A stretch of 64,000 nt of DNA from Felis catus (GCF_018350175.1 NC_058368.1:173726001-173790000); one strand, 5' to 3'. Shown: positions 24,658 through 35,849, counted from the stretch's first letter. Numbers and translations are program-made. Notes: generated by a model from the sequence alone, not told the origin.

Positions 24658-25803
24658 AACCACTAAAAATAGTGGCCTTCATCTTTAAAAGTGCCATAGT
24701 CCTCACTACTCCACATTGATTCCTTGAATCTTGAGGCAAGGGTCACCACAACATATAGCTTTAAATTTATAATCTCTGCCTTACAACTGAGAGACCATGA
24801 TGGCAACAAGAAACTTAGTAGGCCCTAGTCATACACTCCTCCATTTTGCAATTTAGATTGTGTTATGGGGCTCAAAAAGTGGGTATGTCTTCTATACTCC
24901 CTCTTTTCCCTTCCGGTAGCTTGCAGATGGTGATGAAATTGAAGTCATACATGTTAGGAACTTGGGTCCAAATCAACAGGTTGGATCTGGCCACAGTCCA
25001 GGAATACTTGTGTGAGATTTTACATGAATGCAAAACTCACAGGTTGCCTCTCTTCTAGATAGGTTTGCTCAGGTCCCCAGCCTACTTTCTTCCTTAACCC
25101 TGAAACAGTAGGTACACAAACCAGTGACAAGCTTTGTGACTATGTTCTTGCCACTCTACCAGGCTACTTCTCTGAGCCTCAGTTTCCTTTTCTGTAAGAT
25201 GCATCAAGAATCAAGCCGGGATGGTATAGATCAGTGGAGCCCTAGGTGCTCTCAGGTGAGAGTGGGGTGAGGAGTAAAGTGGAGAGCAGAGCCCTCTGCC
25301 TTGGACAGGGCCACAGCTGTTGGCCTAGTCTGAAGGAAGGTTTTCTGTTGTAAGTTTGAAAATTGACAGAAAGATCAGTTTTTTTCAAATAACATCACTC
25401 TAAGGAATCTCTACTTTTAGCAAGTTCCTCAGGTGATCGTTACCAGGAAAGTTCAGGAACGATTAAACTATTAAGATTTCTAAGGGCCCCTGCAGTCTTT
25501 AGACAATTTTGTCCTAAAACCAAAGACCAAAAACTTTGGAGGGTTAGAAGGAATGAATTCACCAAACTACAAGTGGATCAATTTATTAAGTAGGAGGTGG
25601 AGAAAGTGAGGCACAAATAGAAGTATGCAACACCCAAACTGAACCGAATCTGAGATTCCTGAAAAAACATGTGTCGGTCACACAATTGGCCACTTCCTCC
25701 GACTAGTCAGGGAAGATGAGGGAATAAGTCAGGTGACAGGACAGGTGGTTGCTCCTGGGGCCGGGAATGATCTCTGCGGAACTTTCAAGGCCAAGTCTCA
25801 GGC

Positions 25804-25970
25804 TCAGGATCGAGACCTCATAGCAGATGCAGCCAGACCCAGCAAGATGGCTGCGACCGTGAAGCCCTGGGCAGCGATCCGGGTGCGCATCATGAGCTGA
25901 GAGCGGTGGCTCTGACCCCGGTGGAAGCAGTAGAGGCCGTAGGTTAGGGCGGCCGCCGTGCCCAGGCAGC
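25804..25970 (-). CDS. HIGD2A: HIG1 domain family member 2A, coding exon 2
   Basis: (G)CLGTAAALTYGLYCFHRGQSHRSQLMMRTRIAAQGFTVAAILLGLAASAMRSRS-TGA; minus-strand AATAAA at 25582-25587. Confidence 0.95.
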
Positions 25971-26328
25971 CTGAGGAAAGGACAAAGCAAGTACGGAGTG
26001 GCAGGTTTCGATCCCGTAGGCCTCTCCCCGCTTTGGATCCCCTACCAGAGGGTGGAGAGCTCAGAAGAGAGACCGAGGGAACGCGGGTGGAGCCGAGTGG
26101 GAGGCTTTGGTCGAGGTAGGGTCCTCCTAGTTACAGGGCTCGCCCCACTTCAGCGCCCCCCAATCCCGCCCAGCTCCAATCAGATTCACCCCTCACCGCC
26201 CGGCCACTTCGCCACAACTCTGGTCCACTCTCACTCAGGTCCCCCCTTGGCTTTCCTGGTCCTCCCCTAATTCATTCCCTCAGACATCACTATCCTCTCG
26301 GTCTACAGTTCCTACAACACCTGCTTAC

Positions 26329-26482
26329 CTATGGGTACCATCGGGTTCTCGCGGGTCTTGCGAAGGAATTTTTCCTTGAAGCTTTCTGGAGTGCTGTAGA
26401 CACTGGGGCTAAAGCCCTCAATGACCGGGGGCTGTGATGGCTCAAAGGGTGCCTCCGGAGTCACAGGGCCAGGAACCGCCAT
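26329..26482 (-). CDS. HIGD2A: HIG1 domain family member 2A, coding exon 1
   Basis: MAVPGPVTPEAPFEPSQPPVIEGFSPSVYSTPESFKEKFLRKTRENPMVPI; G|GTAAGC donor; 154+167 nt = 106 aa + stop. Confidence 0.95.
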
Positions 26483-26766
26483 GTCCCCGCAACAGCTGTA
26501 GGAGAAAATAGGGACGCTAAACCCCGCCTCCTGATGAGGTCATGAAAAGGGCGGGGGAAAGGACTTTGCTGAGCATTGTACGCAGGCGCTAACCGCTCAT
26601 TGCATTCTGGGAGTCGTGGTAAACTGCACGATATCGCTAAGGGGAGAACTACATTTCCCAAAAAGCCTGCACAGCCCTGGCGCGCATATGCCGGAAATAG
26701 TCTGCTGCACGAGGTGCTGCGAGTGAGTGGAGCCCAGTTGTAGTTGCCGGTGCGGTGGTCACTGCA
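26483..26766. promoter_or_regulatory. Bidirectional promoter HIGD2A/NOP16
   Basis: 284 bp between divergent ATGs; ZNF143/Staf-like ACTACATTTCCCA (26648-26660) and GCATTCTGGGA (~26602), ETS CCGGAA (~26691), NRF1-like CGCAGGCGC (~26581), GC box (~26522). Confidence 0.88.
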
Positions 26767-26873
26767 ATGCCCAAGGCCAAGGGGAAGACGAGGAGACAGA
26801 AGTTCGGTTACAATGTTAACCGGAAGCGTCTGAACCGAAATGCTCGACGGAAAGCAGCGCCGCGGATCGAGTG
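26767..26873 (+). CDS. NOP16: Nucleolar protein 16, coding exon 1
   Basis: MPKAKGKTRRQKFGYNVNRKRLNRNARRKAAPRIE; TG|GTGAGG donor; five exons total 537 nt = 178 aa + stop. Confidence 0.95.
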
Positions 26874-26960
26874 GTGAGGGGCCGGGGTTTAGGAGGCGGG
26901 GGACCTCTGGTGAGACGGCCTGCGAGATGACGGTTCCGTGATCTCTTTCTTTGCCCGTAG

Positions 26961-27069
26961 CTCCCACATCCGACATGCCTGGGACCACGCTAAATCCGTG
27001 CGGCAGAACCTGGCCGAGATGGGGTTGGCTATGGACCCCAACAAGGCTGTGCCCCTTCGTAAGAGAAAG
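26961..27069 (+). CDS. NOP16: Nucleolar protein 16, coding exon 2
   Basis: (C)SHIRHAWDHAKSVRQNLAEMGLAMDPNKAVPLRKRK; ccgtag acceptor, AAG|GTACTC donor. Confidence 0.94.
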
Positions 27070-27760
27070 GTACTCACATGGCAGAGTCCCGGCCCTTGAC
27101 CCCTGCTTCCCGCCGTACTTAGCTGGGTTTCAGAACTTCATCCTGTCTATTCCCACGCTCACGCTTTTCTGGGTCTGCGACCTTCCCACAGCCAACTCGG
27201 GCAGCCTGCACTGACTGTGGATGAATGTCTCTTTACCGCTACGCTCAGACTCCTCAGCACACGTTGGACCAGGGTTGGAGCTTCCCCCTTTTCTTCTCCA
27301 TTCATTTTTCCCTCCGAAATTAACCTGTTTGGGTCCCTCGTCATCTCAGTGGTGTTTTCCAGAATTTATCTTTTTCTGCCCTTAACTTTCCTAGTAAGGG
27401 CTCCCCCAGATTTGGGGATCTTTACTTCCTCTTCCTTACACCTTCCCTAGTCATCCTGGTCTGAGGCTCCCTTATTAGTTCCTATTTCCCAAATAGGTCT
27501 TTTTCTGGACCACCCTTTCAAAAATGGCACACTTTTTTACCCAGTAGTTTCTTCCCTGCTTTAATTCATAGCACTTGTAAACACTTGGTATTTTATATAT
27601 TTGTTTATTGTCTGTGCCTCTTTACCTCAGCATAATCTCCTTGGAGACAATTTTGTGTTTTGTTCACTATTAAACCCCCAGTGGTTCTTAGGATGTGACT
27701 AGTGCTCAATAGTTAACCTAATGAATGGGCTTGCTGATTGGATTTGTCCCATTGCTTTTA

Positions 27761-29581
27761 TTTTTATTTTTTTATGAATATAAATTTTTATGAATTTAAA
27801 TTTTTTATGAATATAAAAATTTTGTGTGAATATAATTGTCAATTATATTCACATATATATATGGGTCAAATACAACACCCATTGCTCATCCCAACAGGTG
27901 CCCTCTTCAATGCCCATCACCCATTTTCCCTATCCCCCACCTCCCCATCCCCTTAGTTTGTTCTCTGTATTTAATAGTCTCTTGTGGCTTGTCTCCCTTC
28001 CTCTGTTTGTATCACTTTTTTTCCCCTTCCCTTCTCCCATGGTCTTCTGTTCAATTTCTCAAGATCCACATATGCATGAAAACATAAGATATCTGTCCTT
28101 CTCTGACTGACTTATTTCACTCAGCATAATACCTTCCAGTTCCATCCACATTGCTGCAAATGGCACGATTTCATTCTTTCTCATTGCTAACTAGTATTCC
28201 ATTGAATATATAAACCACATCTTCTTTATCCATTCATCAGTTGGTGAACATTTAGGCTCTTTCCATAATTTGGCTATTGTTGAAAGTGCTGCTATAAACA
28301 TTGGGGTACATGTGCCCCTATGCATCAGCACTCCTGTGTCCCTTGGGTAAATTCCTAGCAGTGCTATTGCTGGGTCATAGGTTAGCTCTATTTTTAATTT
28401 TTTGAGAAACCTCCACACTGTTTCCAGAGTGGCTGCACCAATTTGCATTCCCACCAACAGTGCAAGAGGGTTCCTGTTTTCCCACATCCTCACCAGCGTC
28501 TGTAGTTTCCCGATTTGTTCATTTTAGCCACTCTGACCGGTGTGAGGTAGTATCTCACTGTGGCTTTGATTTGTATTTCCCTGATGCTGAGTGACGTTGA
28601 GCATCTTTTCATGTGTCTGTTGACCATCTGGATGTCTTCTTTGGAAAAGTGTCTATTCATGTCTTCTGCCCATTTCTTCACTGGATTATTTGGTTTTTGG
28701 GTGTTGAGTTTGGTAAGTTCTTCATAGATACTAGCCCTTTGTCCGATAAGTCATTTGCAAATGTCTTTCCCCATTCCATCGGTTGTCTTTTAGTTATGTT
28801 GGTTGTTTCCTTTGCAGTGCAGAAGCGCTTTATCCTTATGAGGTCCCAATAGTTCATTTTTGCTTTTAATTCCCTTGCCTTTGGAAATGTGTTGAGTAAG
28901 AAATTGCTGTGGCTGAGATCAGAGAGGTTGTTGCCTGCTTTCTCCTCCAGGGTTTTGATGGTTTCCTGTCTCACATTTAGGTCTATTTTGAGTTTATTTT
29001 TGTGTATGGTGTAAGAAGGTGGTCTAGTTTCATTCTTCTGCATGTTGCTGTCCAGTTCTCCCAGCACCATTTGCTAAAGAGACTGTCTTTTTTCCACTGG
29101 ATGCTCTTTCCTGCTTTGTCAAAGATTAGTTGGCCATACATTTGTGGGTCCAATTCTGGGTTCTCTATTCTATTCCATTTGTCTATGTGTCTGTTTTTAT
29201 GCCAATACCATGCTGTCTTGATGATTACAGCTTTGTAGTAGAGGCTAAAGTCTGGTATTGTGATGCCTCCCGCTTTGGTCTTCTTCTTCAATATTACTTT
29301 GGCTATTTGGGGTCTTTTGTGGTTCCATACAAATTTTAGGATTGTTTGTTCTAGCTTTGAGAAGAATGCCAGTGCAATTTTGATTGGGATTGCATTGAAT
29401 GTGTAGATTGCTTTGGGTAGTATTGACATTTTAACAATATTTATTCCTCCAATCCATGAGCCTGGAATGTTTTTCCATTTCTTTGTGTCTTCTTCAATTT
29501 CCTGCATAAGCTTTCTTTAGTTTTCAGCATATAGGTCTTTTACATCTTTGGTTAGGTTTATTCCGAGGTATTTTATGGTTC
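27761..29581 (-). mobile_element. 5'-truncated LINE-1 in NOP16 intron 2
   Basis: ORF2 fragments in several frames ([12 protein letters not shown]...EWIKKMW); 18-bp TSD TTTGTCCCATTGCTTTTA at 27743-27760 and 29582-29599. Confidence 0.94.
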
Positions 29582-30065
29582 TTTGTCCCATTGCTTTTAG
29601 ACAGGTTTCTTTTTATTCCTTCATGCCAGAGTAAAATGGCACTACTGTTTCTTGATCAAATAAATGTGAGGCTATTGCTAAGCACTGTCAGGTCGCTCCT
29701 CTTCATAGAAAAGAAGTCATCTAAAAAAAAAAAAAAAAAAAAGAAGTCATCTGCTCCTCAGTGTAAATTATGAAGAGCTTTCATATGCATTGTTTCACTT
29801 GATTAGCACAGATGAGGTGAGGTAGGCAAAGGATATTATGCTGATTTTATAGTAGGCACAGAAAGATTAATTGCTTGCTTGAATCCCTTTTGGGAACCAA
29901 AAGCCTCTGGGGCAATGGTTCTCTCTGTCATTTCTTCCTGCCTGAACTTGTGTAGGGATTTTTATGGGTAGTGCAGTTGTGTGAGGAGGGCAGGAACCTC
30001 TAGAATTTTCCCTCATCTGGGATCCTTCCTTTGTATACTGGTCTCACAACTTCTGTTCTCATCAG

Positions 30066-30135
30066 GTGAAGGCCATGGACATTGATGTAGAGGAAAGGCC
30101 TAAGGAGCTTGTGCGAAAACCCTATGTGCTAAATG
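30066..30135 (+). CDS. NOP16: Nucleolar protein 16, coding exon 3
   Basis: VKAMDIDVEERPKELVRKPYVLN; atcag acceptor, G|GTGAGT donor. Confidence 0.94.
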
Positions 30136-30638
30136 GTGAGTGCTGGTCACATTCCTCTAGGTCACTATCCTGCACAGTCAGGGCTAAAAAGGGCCTCAGA
30201 TGTCTTCATTTTACAGATGGAGAAACTGAGGTTCAGAGGGAAGAAGGGAACTGGTCCAGGGTTCACAAAGTTAATACTGCGTCCCTAACTGGGACATTTT
30301 CAGTCTACTTACTAAACTCCGGTGTGTGAAGTGAGGTCAGAGATGTTCAGGGAGGATGTAGCCAGGTGCCTTAAGAGAATAGAAAAGAAACCATTAAGTC
30401 TCAGGCACATGTTCAGCTTGTCATGAATTTAAGGACAAACAGATTTTTATAGAGATTCCACCATTTCATTTAATCTTTTCATTGACAAGTCAATTTTATG
30501 TATATTAAGGCTATAAAGGCTGAATATTAAAATAGAGCAGAGTAAAATCTGCAGGGAAGCAGGTATACTCTGAAATTCTCCACCCATCCTTCTTACCTGT
30601 CCAAGATTTTTAACAGTTCTCCTGAAGGTAAAAGGGTT

Positions 30639-30682
30639 TTATGAGACTGATGCGCTACCTACTGTGCTAACGAGGCACCTTT
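30639..30682 (-). pseudogene. Tailless retrocopy of the 5' half of elongator tRNA-Met(CAT)
   Basis: Minus strand GCCTCGTTAGCACAGTAGGTAGCGCATCAGTCTCATAA ends in the anticodon loop; flanked by direct repeat AAGGTAAAAGGGTTTT (30625-30640, 30683-30698). Confidence 0.85.
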
Positions 30683-31183
30683 AAGGTAAAAGGGTTTTAA
30701 ATGGCCAGACATTACATAGAGAATTCTTGAGTTCCTATTATTAGTTCATCAGTGATTCTCATAAGAATTAGTACACAGGATTGCATAAATAAAACCAGAT
30801 GTACTTATTGTAGTCAGAGTTAATCTTAAAAAGTTTTACTTCTCATTCTCTAAAAAATTTTTTTAAATTATGGTAAAAAACATACTACATAAAGTTTACT
30901 ATCTTAATCATTTTTCATTAAATAGCTCAGTAATGTTAAGTATGTTTATGTTGTCATGTAGCAGATCTCCAGAACTTTTTCATCTTCAAAACTGAAACTC
31001 TACCCATTGAACAACTAATCCCCTTGTTCCTGTCTCCCCACCCCGACCTTGCCCCTGGCAACCAAGTCAAAGATATTCTTGACCATAAGCAATTTAGCAT
31101 TTAACCCTTGAATAACATTTGACCACCTTCTTTCTGTGAGCTATTTTTCACTTTGAGAAATGGGGAGTGTTTGCCTAACGATT

Positions 31184-31397
31184 TTATTTTATTTTTTTTT
31201 TTTAAGTTTTTAAATTTATTTTGAAAGAAAGGAGAGGGAATCAGCAGGGGAGGGACTGAGAGAATGGGGGACAGAGGATCTGAAGTGGGTTCTGTGCTGA
31301 CAGCAGCAAGCCCAATGCCAGGCTTGAACTCATGAACCATGAGGCCATGACTTGAGCCCAAGTCGGATGCCTAACCGACAGAGCCACCCAGTCCCCC
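31184..31397 (-). mobile_element. CanSINE
   Basis: T tail, GAGCCACCCAG head region. Confidence 0.8.
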
Positions 31398-31925
31398 TTG
31401 CTTAGCTGTTTTAAAAGCGAAGCCACAATTGCCTCCACAGCTTGGCTTTTTACCTTACATAGAGCAGTGAGGTTCCAGTGAGACCCAGCCTCAGGCCCTG
31501 GTTCCTGCGCCATTAGTTCTCATTCACACCTTTCCATTTCACATTATTGTTGTAACACTTAAAGAAAAGAAATTCTCAGGAAATTTTAGAGATGGAAGGG
31601 AGTCCCAACCACTGGTAGGCAATGTATCTTCATTTCTGTCCCCACGACCTGGTACTAAGTAGAGATTATTAGTTTGGTTCCTGTCTCTTGCCAAGCTTAG
31701 ACCCAAAGAGATAAGACTTGCCTTTTAGGTAGTTGTAAAACTGATAGATGGTTGTGTCATAGGCACAGCCTGAGATCCAAGGGGCTGAAGAGTACCGAAT
31801 TGGGGATGAAGAGGCAAAGCCCATCTGATGGCCATGGTTTGGGATTAGGTGAAAGAGTGACTGGGCAACCAAAAAGTACAGGAGGCAAAACCTCTTTTCC
31901 TGTTTCTTGGTTTCTCTCACCCCAG

Positions 31926-32032
31926 ACCTGGAGGCAGAAGCCAGCCTCCCAGAAAAGAAAGGAAATACGCTGTCCCGAGACCTCATTGACTATGTACGTT
32001 ACATGGTGGAGAATCATGGTGAGGACTATAAG
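31926..32032 (+). CDS. NOP16: Nucleolar protein 16, coding exon 4
   Basis: (D)LEAEASLPEKKGNTLSRDLIDYVRYMVENHGEDYK; cccag acceptor, AAG|GTGAGT donor. Confidence 0.95.
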
Positions 32033-32263
32033 GTGAGTGGTTTGGGTCCCACGGGAAGAACCACTTAAGTCTGTTGGGAAGGTACCCTGGACAATTTGGG
32101 GTCTGATCTTCTTGACTCTTGCCTGAGACTGAGTTGAAACAAAGAAAGGAAAGAGAGACTTTAGGAAATTGATCTCATTGACAGATGCTTATAGCTGGGA
32201 TAGACTGGCCTGTGATTCATATCCCACTCACAGATATGCTGTTTTGTTTGCATGGTATTTTTA

Positions 32264-32479
32264 TTAATTTTTTTTTCAACGTTTATTTATTTTTGGGACA
32301 GAGAGAGACAGAGCATGAACGGGGGAGGGGCAGAGAGAGAGGGAGACACAGAATCGGAAACAGGCTCCAGGCTCTGAGCCATCAGCCCAGAGCCCGACGC
32401 GGGGCTTGAACTCACGGACCGCGAGATCATGACCTGGCTGAAGTCGGACGCTTAACCGACTGCGCCACCCAGGCGCCCC
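32264..32479 (-). mobile_element. Young Felidae-type CanSINE
   Basis: CpG-rich GGGGCGCCTGGGTGGCGCAGTCGGTTAAGCGTCCGACTTCAGCCAGG on minus strand. Confidence 0.9.
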
Positions 32480-32867
32480 ATTTTTTTTATTATTTTTTTT
32501 TTAATTTTTTTTTTTTCAACTGCATGGTATTTTTAAAGAACTTGAACTAGTTGCTATTTTAATTATGGGAGGTTTCAAATAAAAATTCACGTTTTTGACT
32601 TCTCTTAAAAATTGAAAAATCTGGCTGCACTGGACTTTGGTGCCCAAGTGGGATCAATGGCTGTGGATGGAGTATTAGCTATTCCTCTGGCCCTAGCTCC
32701 TGCCTGGTCCCCGAGGGCATTTGCACCCATTTCCCCACATATACCATGGTTTTTGAAGTGAGGAACCCGAACCTCGGGGATATGAGGTGGCTTGCCCAAC
32801 TCAGGCAGAACAAGGGGTTGAACTGTGCCTGTCCAGCCCTCCTCAAGTGGCCCTTCTCCTTTCTTAG

Positions 32868-33011
32868 GCTATGGCCCGGGATGAGAAGAATTACTATCAA
32901 GATACCCCGAAACAGATTCGGAATAAGATCAACGTCTATAAGCGTTTTTACCCAGTGGAGTGGCAAGCCTTCATTGATTCTTTGCAGAAGAATAAGATGG
33001 AAGTTGAGTGA
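32868..33011 (+). CDS. NOP16: Nucleolar protein 16, last coding exon
   Basis: AMARDEKNYYQDTPKQIRNKINVYKRFYPVEWQAFIDSLQKNKMEVE-TGA; AATAAA at 33275-33280. Confidence 0.95.
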   Translation, partial: AMARDEKNYYQDTPKQIRNKINVYKRFYPVEWQAFIDSLQKNKMEVE

Positions 33012-33971
33012 GTGGCTTATGCCTGCCCCAGGCTGAGGCCTCCTCCTGGACCAAAGAAACTGGAAGCCAGGGTTTAAGGCAAGAAGGGGCATGTGGCTAG
33101 ATGAGGCTGGCCAAACCCCATGGAATCAAAAGGTCACACACGCACACACACACGCACATACACGCTCCCCTCTCTGGGGAAGGAACAGTCTCCATGAGGT
33201 TTCTTAGGGCCCTGGGAAAAGCCAGAACCTAATGTTTTCAGAGTGGGTGGTTTGTTTACATATAATATGTACATAATAAAATAAGGCTATTTTATTTCTC
33301 TGATGGTTATGTGTTTCCCCTCCCAGCCAAGCCCTGGGACTGCCCCTGTGAAAACCAACTCAACCAGGGCAAAGGCCGTCCAGCCCTTTGTGTGCCATAT
33401 TCCCATACCGTCTTAGGTGTGGCCTCCCTCCTCTTCTCACTTGTTCAGTTCCATTGCTCTGCCTTGGTTTTCTGCACAGCATTAACCCTTCCACAGAAGC
33501 CTGCCAGCAACCCTGGACTGCTCAGAAGGGGGTCTGTCTTGCCAACACTAGCCCCACTCCGAGGCTGGAGGTTGGCAGACTGGTTGTCCATGGCCCTACC
33601 CTGTGGTTTGATGGCCAGAGGGCAGGTAGCTGCACTGCTGCCTCCTTGTGACTGGTCTTCACTGCATCTTCAGATTGCTTGCCCTGAAAGGAACCCAGGG
33701 CCCCCAAATCTGCTTTCTGAGACTGGGGGACTGCTGAATACCACTCTACTGTGTGCCAAGCACTGGGCTACACACTGTGTGTCCAGTCTCTGGGGCAGGC
33801 CTAATTTGGTCATGTGAGGTGATGACTCAGAACAGGATCACAGGCATGTTGTGGGGTGGGCACTGGGCATTTTCTGGTCTTGGTACTTTATCTTCAGCTG
33901 TTATAATTTTTTTAATGTTTTATTTATTTTTGAGAGAGTGCAAGTGGGGGAGGGACAGAGGGAGGGGGCAC

Positions 33972-34341
33972 TGTAGAGAGACGGGGCCTAAAGGTCCAGT
34001 GATGAGAGAATTACGAAGCAGGGGGCTAAGACTCTCCAGGAGCCCGAAGGACCAGTCCCCTGGCTCAAGCCTCTTTTATTTTTGCAGTTTGTCTGATGAC
34101 AGCAAGCACGTACAACATAGTATTTGGCATCTTGACAGGCCGTGCACCTGCAGTGTATTCCATACTGGGTCATGAGTACGTCTGGCGCCAGACAAAACAT
34201 TCTTCTCCCTGGCCTGGTGCCGGTATGATGTCCTTCTGGAGAGGACGTGCAGTCCCGGCGGCTTTCAGTTCCTGCTGCTCCGTCCCTTTCCTTCAGGACA
34301 TTCTCACAGTGCCTCCACCATGAGCTTCTTGTTCTCTAACA
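33972..34341 (-). repeat. 3' LTR of betaretroviral provirus (370 bp)
   Basis: TG...CA termini; AATAAA (plus-strand TTTATT 34075-34080); PPT adjacent at 34342-34354. Confidence 0.93.
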
Positions 34342-35760
34342 TCTCCCCCTTTTTGTTTGTATACAACAGACTGTAGGAGGACATTGTATAACCTGAGGTG
34401 TCCGTCGGTACATTGACAGGCTCGTTGTCCCCGGTACCAGACTGCACTTGCAAGGATAAATACGCTGCATATTAATACAAACAGAATAGCAGTAGAGAAA
34501 TTAAAAATACTAATACGCTCTTTAGGGTTTAATTTCCCCAATCCCTCTGATATACTTCCTAAGATATTAGAACTGGATAACATGTCCAGATTTGTTTTGA
34601 AAGTCTCACATAATTTCTCCTTGCAGATGGTCCATCAGATACATTTCTGGAGAATATTGCCATGGTTGAGACATGTGAACCAGCAGCCACAGGCCAGTGC
34701 ACGCTCTAAGTAAATACAGGCTTTTGGATGACATATTAAAGGGTATAGAATTGTTAAGACAGGTGTGTAATGAGCAGTTAACACAAGTTATAAGGGTCTC
34801 AGAATCATTCCAAACTATCTGTCCTTTCAGTAGTATGTATGGCAAACGGACACAAGCCCATATGTACTGGGTACTATTGACCGTGAAGGATAAAGTAGAA
34901 ATATTGCGGAGCTGTTTTTATATGTGCCCTTCGAGGTATGTAAAGGGTGGAGGGCAGCAGTTAATTTCCCTATATGCTTCTGTAACAGTCATTGTAAATG
35001 ACTGGGTGCGGAAATTCCCCCACCATGCCAAACGATTGAACCATTAGCACTGGTGCCGATAGTTTGATTATGAACACACCATCGTAGATTTTTTAACGAA
35101 TTTTTAAGGCAAGCTGAGCCCATAGGGCTTTAATGAATGATGCTTCCATAGGAAGCATTTAAAAGAACTCACCCTATTTCCCTTCTATATAGGTCCCAAG
35201 TCACACATCTGTCATTCTGACAATGTGCGAGTAGCATAAGATAGAAGCATTGGAGGAGTGTCATTAATTGTAAGGTTGGAGTCAATCAGAGAATGGGCTG
35301 ATAGGAAGAAAATATGTTTGTGTTGGGTCCCATTTTTAATAATAGATAGTCATACTTGAGGCTTAATCTTGAGGCAGTGTTGCCCGTAACCAAAACATAA
35401 GGAGGACACTCGATCCCTATAGTGTAATTATCCATAACAGGACCTTCTTCATTTGGCCTGTGTGGTCCTCTGCTGTCAAATGGCCCAGGTGTCCATTCCG
35501 TGTCATTTGTATATACCGGCACGGGGGAGTCATACCAATTTCTGCCCTGATTGAGAGGTGGATGAGGGATATAAGCCCAGTAAGTATAGTTATCAGCGTT
35601 TACTGTAGTAGTGATAACTGCAAGCATCGCAAGGAAAAGGTGAGCAGGAGTTTGCGGGCTGCGAGTCTGCATCAGTATGTTTCAGCATCGTGTGTCAACC
35701 TCTTAACTTGTCCCCAGGTAGGAGGCTGAGCAGTCCTAGTGCGCCTGAGGAGAGGGCATG
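34293..35760 (-). pseudogene. env: ERV env remnant (beta-type)
   Basis: PPTWGQVKRLT, TPAHLFLAMLAV, NYTYWAYIPHPPL, TCVNCSLHTCL, EGLGKLNP, hydrophobic TM segment, KQKGG at the PPT; frameshifts and internal deletion. Confidence 0.88.
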
Positions 35761-35849
35761 GCGCATTAGGCACAAATTATCAGTTTCCCGATGGACATTC
35801 TGTGAAACTCTTTGACTGGTGGGATTATGTCTAACCAAGGTCACTTGGA

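Noticed and set aside
30639..30676. Functional tRNA-Met gene
   Set aside because: Only the 5' half is present; no T-arm/B-box or 3' acceptor stem
33988..34323. ORFs duplicated in both LTRs, possible superantigen-like LTR gene
   Set aside because: Short, non-ATG starts, frames differ between the LTRs, and a 370-bp LTR is too small for an MMTV sag
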